This document shows, one piece after another, positions 18,195 to 31,708 of a stretch of DNA of 64,000 nt. The stretch is from the NCBI GenBank assembly GCA_963706595.1, contig OY970166.1, positions 1,088,001 to 1,152,000 on the forward strand. Reading direction: 5' to 3'. The position numbers and the translations under genes were made by a program. Position 1 is the first letter of the stretch, and the number at the start of each line of letters is the position of its first letter. The stretch is from an uncultured cyanobacterium (GTDB lineage: Bacteria > Cyanobacteriota > Cyanobacteriia > Cyanobacteriales > Nostocaceae). Under the pieces are notes generated by a model. It worked only from the letters and a program-made list of their open reading frames with translations. It was not told the DNA's origin and ran no database searches.

Positions 18195-19748
18195 CTAAAG
18201 CTCTAAACCGTTTTTGTGCAATTTCTTAAACGGATCTAAAACAAAATCAATCACGCGTCGCTGACGCAAAATCACTTCAGCATTTGCTGTTTGTCCTGGG
18301 TTTAATGGAATACGTTTTGCACCACTTTGGACATAGTTCTGTTCTAAAACGATTTCTAACTCATAGGTTTCTATATTTCCTTGGGGTGTTTGATTAATTT
18401 TAGAGTCAGGAGAAATCCAAGCCACTTTACCTTCCACAATGCCATATTCCTGGAAAGGAAAGGCATCAAACTTGACTTTCACCGACATTCCCACATTTAA
18501 GAAGCCGCTATCCTGGATTGGTATATTCGCTTTGAGTACGATGGGACTATTTTGAGGTGCAATGTGAGCAATCCTTTGACCGACTTGTACCACCTCTCCC
18601 GGCTTCGTGACTGGTAACTCAAAAATTGTGCCATCAATAGGCGATCGCACCACACGTTGCTGCATTTGTAGATTTAAGGATGTAATTTTGCTCTGAGTTT
18701 GAGCAATTTCAGATTGTAAATTAGTAACCTGCGTCTCTAAACTTTTAAGTTGTTCTTGATATTTAAGCACAGCCAATTTACCAGATTTTAGTAAACTTTG
18801 ATGACTGTTTTTCTCGGCTTGAAGTTGATATTTTGCTTGTTCAATATCAGATTCCAACTGATTCATTGTCACCTGATAGCGGCTCGTTTCTTCAGCCAAG
18901 CGTAATTGTGCTTGTTTGACATCAGATTGCGCTCTGGAGTAAAGTCTTTTACTTTCTTGTTCTTCTTTTTTGAGTTGGTCAACTTGATTCGCCGAAACCG
19001 CACCATTGTTCACAAGTTGCTGAAAACGTTGGACTTGCCGGGAATCTATACTCAAACGACCTTGAGCCGACTGCTGGTCATTTTTAGCCGTTTGAATCTG
19101 CTGCTGTACCTGATTAACTAATGCTTGTATTTCTAACTTTTGCAGGTTATAAGTACTTTGTTTTAACCCTAGGTTTTGCTCTGCCTGGTTCACTTGAGAC
19201 ATTTTTTCTAAAGCTTGAAATTGGTTTTGTTGTTTCTGAATACTTAGTGTCAACTGAAGTTGGTTTTTTAGCACATCAAACTGCGCTTCTTGATTTAGCA
19301 GTGCGGAAAGTTTAGCTTCGGCTTGCTGAAGTTCCGTTTGCAAAATCTCAGTATCAAGTTCCATCAACACCTGTCCCATGGTTACAGTGTCGCCTGCTGT
19401 CACCTTCACAGCTTTGACACTTCCTCCGGCTTGTGAGTCCAATTTTTGTGTTGCACCTTGAGGTTCTATGCGTCCTCTGGCGCTACCAGTTTCATCTACT
19501 TTTGAGAAAGTTGCCCAAGGTAAAGCTAGAGATGCAAAGCCTACCAGCACATAAAACACACCACGAGTCCAGACTTTTGGTAAAGCATCTAGCAGTTCTT
19601 CAGTACCGTAATATAAATCTTCGGTATTACCTTCTGGAATGGTCTTGTTAAATTTAGTAGTTTCTTCGCTGGGTTGAATATAAACTTTATAGTCTTCTTG
19701 CTCTTTTTTGAGAAGTAGAGATGAGGCATTAGGAAAGGTATTAGGCAT
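18195..19748 (-). CDS. HlyD family type I secretion membrane fusion protein
   Basis: Single TM, VDETGSARGRIEP, long coiled coil, VRSPIDGTIF, VKFDAFPFQEYG and PGQTANAEV motifs. Confidence 0.95.
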   Translation of the reverse strand: MPNTFPNASSLLLKKEQEDYKVYIQPSEETTKFNKTIPEGNTEDLYYGTEELLDALPKVWTRGVFYVLVGFASLALPWATFSKVDETGSARGRIEPQGATQKLDSQAGGSVKAVKVTAGDTVTMGQVLMELDTEILQTELQQAEAKLSALLNQEAQFDVLKNQLQLTLSIQKQQNQFQALEKMSQVNQAEQNLGLKQSTYNLQKLEIQALVNQVQQQIQTAKNDQQSAQGRLSIDSRQVQRFQQLVNNGAVSANQVDQLKKEEQESKRLYSRAQSDVKQAQLRLAEETSRYQVTMNQLESDIEQAKYQLQAEKNSHQSLLKSGKLAVLKYQEQLKSLETQVTNLQSEIAQTQSKITSLNLQMQQRVVRSPIDGTIFELPVTKPGEVVQVGQRIAHIAPQNSPIVLKANIPIQDSGFLNVGMSVKVKFDAFPFQEYGIVEGKVAWISPDSKINQTPQGNIETYELEIVLEQNYVQSGAKRIPLNPGQTANAEVILRQRRVIDFVLDPFKKLHKNGLEL

Positions 19749-19844
19749 GATTTTATGGGGAGTGGGGAGTGGGGGGAAGAGGCAGGGGTGCAGGGTGCAG
19801 GGTGCAGGGGGGAAAGAGGCAGAGATGCAATTGTCTGAGTGAAA

Positions 19845-22800
19845 TTAAACTACTTGAGCTAATTGTTGTTGATTGAGATAGTAGTAATGTCCTTGTTTAG
19901 CAATTAGTTCTTCGTGAGTACCGCTTTCTACTAATACGCCTCGATCTAAAACTAAAATTAGATCGGCATTACGGACTGTGGAAAGGCGATGGGCAATAAT
20001 GACGCTGGTACGCCCTTGAAGAATTGTTTTGAGGTTGTTCTGAATAATTCTTTCTGATTCTGAGTCTAGGTGACTGGTGGCTTCATCAAAGAGTAATAGC
20101 CGGGGGTTGCCGAGTAAGGCTCTAGCAATGGCGAGGCGTTGGCGTTGTCCACCAGAAAGCATTCCGCCACTTTCGCCAATTTGGGATTCATAACCCATTG
20201 GCATTTGCTGAATAAATTCATCTGCACCAGCCCATCGTGCGGCTTGTGCAATTTCTTCTAAGGTGGCTTCTGGGTGGGCGATGCCAATGTTTTCTCGAAC
20301 TGTGCCACCAAATAGAAAGGTATCTTGATCAACTACACCTATTTGACATCGCAGCGATCGCAAGGCAATATTATTCACATCAAAGCCATCAATTAAAACT
20401 TTGCCATCTGTTGGTGGGTATAAACCTAAAATCAATTTGCTCAAGGTGGTTTTTCCCGAACCACTCCGCCCCACCACCGCTACCATTTGCTCTGGCTGGA
20501 TTTCAAAGTTGATATTTTCCAGCACGTTAGTCTCACTTTCAGCATGATAACGAAATGTGACATTTTTAAAGCAAATCCGGCCATTTAGTCTCTCTAGAGG
20601 CTTGCGGGGTTTCTTCTGCAAGTCTTCTTCTGGTTCGGCTTCTAAAACATCATTAATCCGTTCTGTAGAAATAATAATTTCCTGTAATCCATTCCACAGC
20701 ATCGATAACCTTTGAAAAGGACTCAAGACGTTACCCACCAACATATTGAAAGCTACTAACTGCCCCATTGTCAGTTCCCCTTGAATGACTTGCCATGCGC
20801 CAAACCACATTAAGGAAGCATTGACAAATGTTTGAATAACGCCACTAAGGATTTGTAGGCGATTACCTATCACTTGGGCATGAAAGCCTTTTTTTACCAA
20901 ATCATTCAGCAACTCTTCCCAATGCCAGCGTACCGTCTGTTCAATGGCTAATGAACGCACTGTGCGAATGCCTGACAGAGATTCAATCAGATAACTGTTT
21001 TCTTTGGCTCCAGCATTAAAAATCTCTCTGGAAATGCGACGCAAAATATTTGTGCTAGCCAGTGCGAGAATAAAAAATGGCGGCACTGTTAATAGTACGA
21101 ATAAGGTCATGCGCCAGCTATACCAAAACATCATGCTCAGATAAATCACTAATGTCAGCAGATCCAGGATGATTGATAAAGTCTCGCCGGTCAGGAAGCG
21201 CTGAATTTTTTGATTTTCTTGAATGCGAGAAACAATATCACCCACATAACGCGACTCGAAATAAGCCAGGGGTAAGCGGAAGGTATGTTTAATAAAACCC
21301 ACAAGTAGGGAGATGCTGACGCGATTGGCTGTGTGATCTAGCAGATATTGCCGCACGGCGTTCATGGCGATCCCAAATAAACCAAAAACGATCATCCCTA
21401 TACCTACGGCGTTTAAAGTAGGAATGCTGCCTTGCACCAGGACTCGATCTAGTAATAGTTGGGTGAAGACTGGCGTTACTAGTCCGAATATTTGCATCAG
21501 CACACTGGCGATGAAGACTTCTATCAGGACTGCATAGTGAGGTTTAATTAACTCAAAGAATTTCCAAAAGTTGGCTTTCTCGTTCTTAGTTTGTTTGAGT
21601 AACTCTGTCGGTTGCAGTAATAAGGCATAACCAGTCCAACCTGCATTAAATTGGCTTCTGGTAAGGCTAACTTGACCGATAGCGGGGTCTCCGACGATTA
21701 CACGCTTTTTGGTGATTTGATAAACGACAATGAAGTGGTTGCCTTCCCAGTGTGCGATCGCAGGTAAAGCTTGTTCGGCAAACTTATCGAAGGTAGCTTT
21801 CACAGGACGGGTGGCAAAACCGAGGTTTTCTCCCACTGTGGCTAAGGCACGTAGAGATGCACCACTGCGGCTAACGTTGGTCATATCCCGCAAGCGATTC
21901 ACACTAAACTGCTTACCCCAATATTTACCAATCATCACTAAGCAAGCAGAGCCACAATCTGCGGCACTTTGTTGAGCATAAAAGGGATAGCGTTTGCTCA
22001 GGCGTTTCCACCAATGCCCCATTTGCACTTTCGGGCTGGGAAAGTAAGGAAGTGGTTTATTTTGCTGTTCTTGTGATTTTGCTTCTCGTTGGGGAAAGGG
22101 GATAACTTTGGCTATGGGGTATGGGCTTGGTTTTTTGGATGGGGAAGAGTCCTTTCTATGGGTCTGATTTCCAGTCTCCGAAGTCGGGTATTGTCTAGAC
22201 TCAGGGACAAATGCCGCTAAGGCTGGGCAGTGTTCCAGTACATTTTGCCAGTTGGAATCTTTGAGAATGTAAGCAATTGTCGGTTGTATGGCCTGCCAAT
22301 GACCCTGTTTTGGTTCCGCAGAGATTTGGGCTGGTGTCAGGGATTTACCCTCAGAATGCAGTAGTTGACCTTTGTACAACAACCATAATTGGGAATCGGG
22401 GAATTGTGTATTTACAGAGCCAATTTCTAGTTGGTGTCGCTCAAACAGGGATAAAGCCTTGAGCATGGAATGAAATTGACTGGGATGTGCAGGAAATTGT
22501 GAGTTTTGGCGACATGAAAGCAGTAAATCCCATATTTCTGCACGAGAGAACAAGCGATCGCGAATTTGAGGATATTTGTCCATCAATCCTTGCAATACCT
22601 CTTGTCTGAGATACCCAAGTTCTAAATTTGTCGAGGCTCTGGCGGTGTAATCACTAAAGTTTGACTCTGGGAACAAAGTCATTTCACCAAATGAAGACCA
22701 TGCTGATAAAGTCGTGATTAAATCATCAGAACTATCTGATAATCTGACTTTACCGGCAAGAATGACATAAATACCAGCCTTCATTTCTGCGGATTGCCAG

Positions 22801-22934
22801 AACTGCTTTGTTACTGGTGGCTCCACAAGTTCCATAGATGCCAAACAGTTTTGCAGTTCTTGTTTTAAAAGCGTCTCTCCCAAAACGTAAGTTAGTTTTT
22901 CACCTAGATGTTGCGGGGAAAATACCGTTGTCAT
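19845..22934 (-). CDS. peptidase C39-containing ABC exporter with N-terminal cNMP-binding-like domain
   Basis: FGEMTLF..ARA (cNMP-like), QQSAADCG / HWEGNHF / GDPA (C39 Cys-His-Asp), TM domain, GRSGSGKTT, LSGGQRQR, FDEATS, IAHRL. Confidence 0.95.
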   Translation of the reverse strand: MTTVFSPQHLGEKLTYVLGETLLKQELQNCLASMELVEPPVTKQFWQSAEMKAGIYVILAGKVRLSDSSDDLITTLSAWSSFGEMTLFPESNFSDYTARASTNLELGYLRQEVLQGLMDKYPQIRDRLFSRAEIWDLLLSCRQNSQFPAHPSQFHSMLKALSLFERHQLEIGSVNTQFPDSQLWLLYKGQLLHSEGKSLTPAQISAEPKQGHWQAIQPTIAYILKDSNWQNVLEHCPALAAFVPESRQYPTSETGNQTHRKDSSPSKKPSPYPIAKVIPFPQREAKSQEQQNKPLPYFPSPKVQMGHWWKRLSKRYPFYAQQSAADCGSACLVMIGKYWGKQFSVNRLRDMTNVSRSGASLRALATVGENLGFATRPVKATFDKFAEQALPAIAHWEGNHFIVVYQITKKRVIVGDPAIGQVSLTRSQFNAGWTGYALLLQPTELLKQTKNEKANFWKFFELIKPHYAVLIEVFIASVLMQIFGLVTPVFTQLLLDRVLVQGSIPTLNAVGIGMIVFGLFGIAMNAVRQYLLDHTANRVSISLLVGFIKHTFRLPLAYFESRYVGDIVSRIQENQKIQRFLTGETLSIILDLLTLVIYLSMMFWYSWRMTLFVLLTVPPFFILALASTNILRRISREIFNAGAKENSYLIESLSGIRTVRSLAIEQTVRWHWEELLNDLVKKGFHAQVIGNRLQILSGVIQTFVNASLMWFGAWQVIQGELTMGQLVAFNMLVGNVLSPFQRLSMLWNGLQEIIISTERINDVLEAEPEEDLQKKPRKPLERLNGRICFKNVTFRYHAESETNVLENINFEIQPEQMVAVVGRSGSGKTTLSKLILGLYPPTDGKVLIDGFDVNNIALRSLRCQIGVVDQDTFLFGGTVRENIGIAHPEATLEEIAQAARWAGADEFIQQMPMGYESQIGESGGMLSGGQRQRLAIARALLGNPRLLLFDEATSHLDSESERIIQNNLKTILQGRTSVIIAHRLSTVRNADLILVLDRGVLVESGTHEELIAKQGHYYYLNQQQLAQVV

Positions 22935-24158
22935 AACCTAACCTCCAAAACAGAATTAGTTACTGGTCTACATCAGACTGAATAACTAATCAAAACTGGG
23001 TGAATGGCAAAAACCTGATTGCGGCTAAAATTTGTGTGTAAATCACAACTATTGAGTTATTCTGATTGATCCTGATCATCTCAACTATTGTCCATTCCGG
23101 GATTTCGCAATCACAAACATCCTCAATTTCCTTATGGGATGGGTGTTATATCGTGTTCGGGGAAAGACTTATCATTAAGGCCGCAGGGGTGCAGGGTGCA
23201 GGGAGCAGGGGGAAAGAGGATTTTACGTTTTTTGCACAGAGGTGGGAATTAGAACTAATTAGGCGAACATGATATTACTACCCGTCCCATTTTTCAGGTT
23301 GGCAAGATGCTCAACGCCACCAAATGGACAATTTATTTGTGAAAAATCCCTAATTCAACAACGATGTTAAGTAAGTGGATAAAAATAAATCAAACTTTGT
23401 TACGAAGGATTTAATCCGGACAATATTAGAAATAACTGTTAAAGCACCCATGACCAGCGATTAGTAAATTTAAGGTTTGTTTTCACCTACTTAGTTAGTT
23501 GATCAAATGAGTATCTCGTCGTTGTATCAGCCTAAAAATTAGATTTCAGTAATTGTAAATTGGATGCTTTTTGCAACCCATAATTGCTAGTAATATTGTC
23601 CTCGACTATCAATTGTTTAACAGGTTTTTAGTCTTTGTGTCATGCCACACTGGCACAACTTTGGTGAATCACCATATTTTTCTTTTTATATAAAATATTT
23701 ATATCTGTTATAGTCTATTTAGAAAAATTTTTATTCAAAATGTTAATAAATCAATTGAAAAAACGTAGAAATATGAATTGAGGGCTACCGTGTACACACA
23801 AGTCGGGAAATATTACCTGCACTCATTTTCTTTTGCTAGGGTGCGTTATGGACTTTAGTCCTAACGCACCGAAAATCTGGGACTTTCAACCCAATTTTTC
23901 GGTAATATTTTTACTTGAAGTGTCGCCGTGGTAGTTGAAGAGAAAAATTCTGAAAACCCTGCCTCAAAATAAGCAGGGGAGCAGGGAGCAGGGGGGAGTT
24001 AAGAGGCAGGGGAGCGGGGAGCGGGGAGCAAGGGGGAGTAATAAATTACTTTAAACTTCCGGTTACTTAACAACCATTCCTCTTCTCCCCTGCCCCCTGC
24101 ACCCTGCCCCCGTTCCCCCTGAACCCTGCACCCTTCCCCTCTGCCTCTTCGGTAACTG

Positions 24159-24677
24159 TTAAACTTTGACTTCTAAAGACTTCAGCAACTCAGTATTTAC
24201 ACCCGATTCACGGGTCAGGGCAATTTTGCCAGTGCGGGCGATTTCCCTCAGACCAAATTTTTGTAACACTTGGACGATGGCTACCATCTTACCAGGATCT
24301 CCCACAACTTCGAGAGTGACAGAATCTTCGGATACATCTACCACTCGCGCCCTGAAAATTTGCGCTAATTCGACTACTTCTGAGCGATTGCTACTAGTAG
24401 CATTCACTTTTAAAAGCATCAATTCTCGCTCTACACAAGGAGTTTCGGTGATGTCTTGGACTTTGAGAACGTTGACCAATTTATACAGTTGCTTGGTGAG
24501 TTGCTCAATCACGCGATCGTCTCCGGGTACAATCATCGTAATGCGGGAAACTCCTCCTTGCTCTGCTGGACCAACGGCGAGGCTTTCTATATTAAAGCCA
24601 CGACGCGCAAATAAACTAGAGATACGGGACAGAACACCCGCCTCATCTTCTACCAAAACGGAAAGGGTATGTTTCAT
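24159..24677 (-). CDS. ilvN: acetolactate synthase small (regulatory) subunit
   Basis: [36 protein letters not shown]...ERELMLLKV...[12 protein letters not shown]. Confidence 0.97.
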   Translation of the reverse strand: MKHTLSVLVEDEAGVLSRISSLFARRGFNIESLAVGPAEQGGVSRITMIVPGDDRVIEQLTKQLYKLVNVLKVQDITETPCVERELMLLKVNATSSNRSEVVELAQIFRARVVDVSEDSVTLEVVGDPGKMVAIVQVLQKFGLREIARTGKIALTRESGVNTELLKSLEVKV

Positions 24678-24909
24678 CTTCGCCAAAACAAGCTCAGGCA
24701 AGCATTCTCAGCTTTGCCATCTATGTATCATAGTAATCCAAAACAAATTTAAACTCAATAGTTCGACTCATGGCATTTTTGTAAAAATCACACCCAAAGC
24801 CGATACCTTTGGGGCTGCATATCTTTTCGCGGGCAGATGTGGATGATTTGTCAAGCTTTTATCCTGGGGATATCATGGGTATTTAACTGAAAGTGGGAGA
24901 AAAGTTGTT

Positions 24910-25278
24910 ATGGCTTGGTTAAAAAGACTTTTTGGATTAGAGAAACCGCAAAATGCTCAAGTAAATCCTACACCGCAGCAAGTACCGCCAAGTTCTACTA
25001 CTAGCGCGGCTCCTGCTACTACCAAATCAATTCCGCCAGAACGTTTAGGATTGAATGGAGAATATGACCAAAGTGGTTTAGCCAAGCGGGTGGCGTTGGC
25101 GTTTGATCAAGATTCGCAACTGGGGGATATTGATACTCTCTGGGTGGCTCAGACAAGCAGCACTGTGGTCCTAAAAGGTAAAGTTCCCAGCCAGGAAATG
25201 CTCAATAAGATGGTTGCTGCGGCGCGTTCAGTTGCTGGTGCTACAGGTGTGAACACCGATGAAGTCACTGTGGGATAA
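24910..25278 (+). CDS. BON domain protein
   Basis: GEYDQSGLAKRV...VVLKGKVP......VAAARSV.G...V. Confidence 0.85.
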   Translation: MAWLKRLFGLEKPQNAQVNPTPQQVPPSSTTSAAPATTKSIPPERLGLNGEYDQSGLAKRVALAFDQDSQLGDIDTLWVAQTSSTVVLKGKVPSQEMLNKMVAAARSVAGATGVNTDEVTVG

Positions 25279-25373
25279 TTCGTAATTCGTAATGCTCCCT
25301 TTGGGAGAGCTACGCTAACGTAATTCGTAATGTCTCTTTTCCTGCGGAGTGTCAAGCTAAAGTAATTACGGTT

Positions 25374-26330
25374 TTATTCATGGGGAATGAGTGGCTTGTC
25401 GGGGCTGTGCTGCGCTGGTGGCTGGGTGTTGTTATGTCTGTTGATCCAGTCTAGAATCACCTGATTAACTTTTTCTGGGCATTCATCATGGGGACAATGG
25501 CCGACATCTTCTAAGCTGAGTAGTTCGAGTTTGTCGTTGTATTGAGTAAATCTCTGTGCAAGTACAGGTGGAACGAATTTGTCCTTTTGTCCCCAAATCA
25601 ACAGCATTGGCACTGTTAAGGTTGGTAGTATGGCTTTAACACTAGGACTAAAGTTAACAGCGATCGCAGCTCTAAACAAGGCACTAAAAGCCCGCGCCGA
25701 ACCTCTATCTTGGGGAGGTCCTGCTAAAATGTCCACCAGTTCATCGGTGATGGCTTCAGGATTAGCATAAGCCAGACTAGCCCAGCGACGCACAAATCCC
25801 GGTCGGCGCACGATGTTAAATATCGGTTTGAGTATCAACGGAGAAGCAACCATCTTTTTAATTCCCATGACCACAGGTCGCAGGAAAGGCGGAATAGCTT
25901 CTTGTTCTAAAGATGGGTCGGGTAAACTCATCATCACTATCCCCTTCACCATTTCTGGATGAGCGGCGGCGGCGGCTAAAGAAATTAGTGAGCCGTTGGA
26001 GTTACCGATTAATATGACAGGTTGACGGATAAATGCTTGCCAAAATTCGTAGACCTGCTCTACCCACAGTTCTATACTGTAATTAGCTGGCGCTTTTTGG
26101 GAAGCCCCAAAACCCAGCATATCGAGGGCGTAAACGGTATGGTGTTCGCCTAAGACTGCTAAATTATGTCGCCAATGACCAATAGAAGCACCAAAACCGT
26201 GTAGCAGGATTAAGGGCGTTGTTGATTTATTTTGGCTCGGTCGGATATAGGTGTAACGCGTTTGCCAGCCTCGCCAAACCCAATCTCTTTGATTACCAAC
26301 CCTTTGTTGCCAGTGTACCGTAGTGGTCAC
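25374..26330 (-). CDS. alpha/beta fold hydrolase
   Basis: LLHGFGASIGHWR, GNSNGS nucleophile elbow, WG..D and GHCPHDE motifs; GTG start at 26330 preferred because the upstream codons are repeat DNA. Confidence 0.92.
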   Translation of the reverse strand: MTTTVHWQQRVGNQRDWVWRGWQTRYTYIRPSQNKSTTPLILLHGFGASIGHWRHNLAVLGEHHTVYALDMLGFGASQKAPANYSIELWVEQVYEFWQAFIRQPVILIGNSNGSLISLAAAAAHPEMVKGIVMMSLPDPSLEQEAIPPFLRPVVMGIKKMVASPLILKPIFNIVRRPGFVRRWASLAYANPEAITDELVDILAGPPQDRGSARAFSALFRAAIAVNFSPSVKAILPTLTVPMLLIWGQKDKFVPPVLAQRFTQYNDKLELLSLEDVGHCPHDECPEKVNQVILDWINRHNNTQPPAQHSPDKPLIPHE

Positions 26331-26520
26331 GTTTGCCTCCGATTTATGAACCCCACCCCCAGCCCCTCCCCGCAAGCGAGGAGGGGGGTTTGAATGAATT
26401 TAATTTGGCGGGTGTGATGAAGTGAGTATGTTACCTATATCTTTAAGATACTGGGATTTTGAGGCTTTTGTTGGGAAAGGTTGCTATTAGTTCGATTCCT
26501 GCAAAGATAAGGGACACTTA

Positions 26521-26656
26521 GGGACTTCTAAGAAATAAATTATCCGGATTAATGTTCGCGAAGCGCATACCGCAGAGGCGCAGAGGACACAGAGGAGTAA
26601 GGGTTTGAGAGATTTTTTACGTTAGGTGGTTGAGTGTTTTTTTATTTGGAAGTCCC
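26521..26656. mobile_element. MITE with GGGACTTC.AA...TTGGAAGTCCC inverted ends and TTA target duplication
   Basis: TTA at 26518-26520 and 26657-26659; imperfect ~18-bp TIRs. Confidence 0.7.
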
Positions 26657-27052
26657 TTATTAGAAATCTTCTCTGGTTCCTATCGGAAATGCTGGGTTGT
26701 GCCGTCGCTAACCTACATTTTTTGGTAAAAGTCTATGGCTTAAGTATATTTGCTGCAATATTTGGAATATGAAGATTTTCAAACTCAATTATAACATTTC
26801 ATGAGAAATTTTAATAAAAATTAATATTTTTTGTGATGTAATTTACATAAACGATCGCAGAGAAATTGGGGCAGAGTGATTAGAATAAAAAATACGGTGA
26901 CGACTAGTTCATGAATTAGTTATCCTATAAAAACAGACTCAAGCTTAAGTCCTTAGTTAAATTCAGTCTTGTGCTTCTGAGGCATCCCAAAGAAGACCAA
27001 GCCAACCAAGTCCAATCCACGTCTGAACTACTAAAGAGCTTCCATAATCATA

Positions 27053-27585
27053 ATGCCTGTGATTGAGAAAAAACGAACTCGCGATCTGCCCCAAATCAAC
27101 GAGCGCATCCGCTTTCCCAAGATTCGGGTCATTGATAATGATGGCACGCAATTAGGAATTATGCCTCCACAAGAAGCATTGCAACTAGCTGACGAGAAAG
27201 AGCTAGACCTAGTATTGCTAAGTGACAAGGCTGACCCACCGTTTGTCGAATCATGGATTACGGGAAGTATAAGTTTGAGCAGGAAAAGAAGGCACGGGAA
27301 GCCCGGAAAAAGCAGCACACGGCTGATGTGAAAGAAGTGAAGATGCGTTATAAAATAGAAGAACATGATTATAATGTGCGTGTTAAGCAAGCCGAGCGCT
27401 TCCTCAAAGATGGTGATAAAGTGAAGGCGACTGTGATGTTCCGGGGTCGAGAGATTCAACACAGTGACTTAGCAGAGCATTTGCTCAAGCGCATGGCTAA
27501 GGATTTGGAGCCGCTTGGTGAACTCCAGCAAGCACCCAAAAGAGAAGGGAGAAATATGATGATGCTGATTTCACCCAAAAAATAA
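27053..27585 (+). CDS. infC: translation initiation factor IF-3, frameshifted by a 1-nt deletion near 27241
   Basis: [13 protein letters not shown]...[12 protein letters not shown] in one frame and MDYGKYKFE...VKEVKMR...FRGRE in the next; adding one G restores [11 protein letters not shown]. Confidence 0.95.
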
Positions 27586-27811
27586 TTCGCCAATTTTTTC
27601 AGATAGCAAGTATAATCTATAACAGAAATTTTCAGTTGACTCCAAGTCATGGAAATTTCTAGAAAATTGATAGTCCTGAGCGCTGAGTGGGAAAGATAAT
27701 ACTCAGTTGCTCAGGATTTTTGCCGTTTATGGGGAATAGAGAGGTGGAGGAATAATCGTTTATTTGATTGTTGATCTGATTTTGAATTCAACTTAGTGTA
27801 ACTTTCAGTGC

Positions 27812-30842
<3,031 letters not shown>

Positions 30843-30949
30843 GTAGGGAGTGGGGAGTAGGACTTTGCTATATTAAGGGGATCTAGAAACCCCATCTTCA
30901 ACGAAGTAAGATGGGGTAGTTCATGAAAGTCTCTCAAAGCAGAATTACT

Positions 30950-31628
30950 ATGTATGTCCTCATAGGTGGAGCCGGTTTAGTGGGGCTAAATTTGGCACAG
31001 AAATTAGTGGAATTGGGGCATACAGTCGCCATAATAGATAAAGATCCTAACGCTTGCCGTTATGCCCGTGAACAAGTGGGAGTCATGGCTTTTGAAGGCA
31101 GCGCTGTGAGTACAGAAACCTTATTAGAAGCCGGGATTCGCAAAGCTGATGCTTTAGCAGTCTGTCCTCAGAAGTGATGCTTTGAATTTAGCAATGGTCA
31201 CTCTGGCCAAACACTATGGTGCGCCTCTGATTTTATCGCGGATGCGCCACCGTGATTTTGCTGAACCTCTGCGGATATCTGGAGCCAATCATATTATCAG
31301 CACGATTGAATTGGCAGTTTCGACAATGGTGAATGCCATTGAGTATCCCCAAGTAGAATCAATGATGCATTTTGAACAAGGGCAAATCGAAGTGCTGAAA
31401 ATGCTCATTCCCAATAATTGCTATGTTGTGGGTCGGAGTGTGGCGGAAATTGCTCAAAATCCTAACTTTCCCAGTGGTTCTTTAATTATTGGTTATCAAT
31501 CTCATCCCCATACTGATTTAATTATTCCTAATGGCAGCACTGTGATTGAACCTAGTTCAACAGTGTTAATTGTGACAAAACCGGGAGTTTTACACCAAGT
31601 TATTGATTTTATTGAAGGTTGTAAGTAA
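30950..31628 (+). CDS. TrkA family RCK (NAD-binding plus TrkA-C) protein, frameshifted by a 1-nt insertion near 31161
   Basis: GGAGLVG Rossmann motif and AGIRKADAL; removing one T gives AAVLRSDALNL in frame with the C-terminal ORF. Confidence 0.88.
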
Positions 31629-31660
31629 GTTGTAATTAATGCGATCGCTTACAAGCAACA

Positions 31661-31693
31661 AGATCCCCGACTTCTTCAAGAAGTCGGGGATCT
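31661..31693. terminator. perfect hairpin between convergent genes (possible bidirectional terminator or repeat)
   Basis: AGATCCCCGACTTCTT-C-AAGAAGTCGGGGATCT. Confidence 0.6.
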
Positions 31694-31708
31694 GAACCTT
31701 TGAACCTT

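Noticed and set aside
19845..22934. naming the exporter hetC
   Set aside because: Same domain architecture, but no hetP neighbour and several paralogues exist in Nostocales; orthology cannot be shown by eye.
27235..27255. programmed ribosomal frameshift in infC
   Set aside because: No slippery heptamer or homopolymer at the site; a simple missing G explains it.
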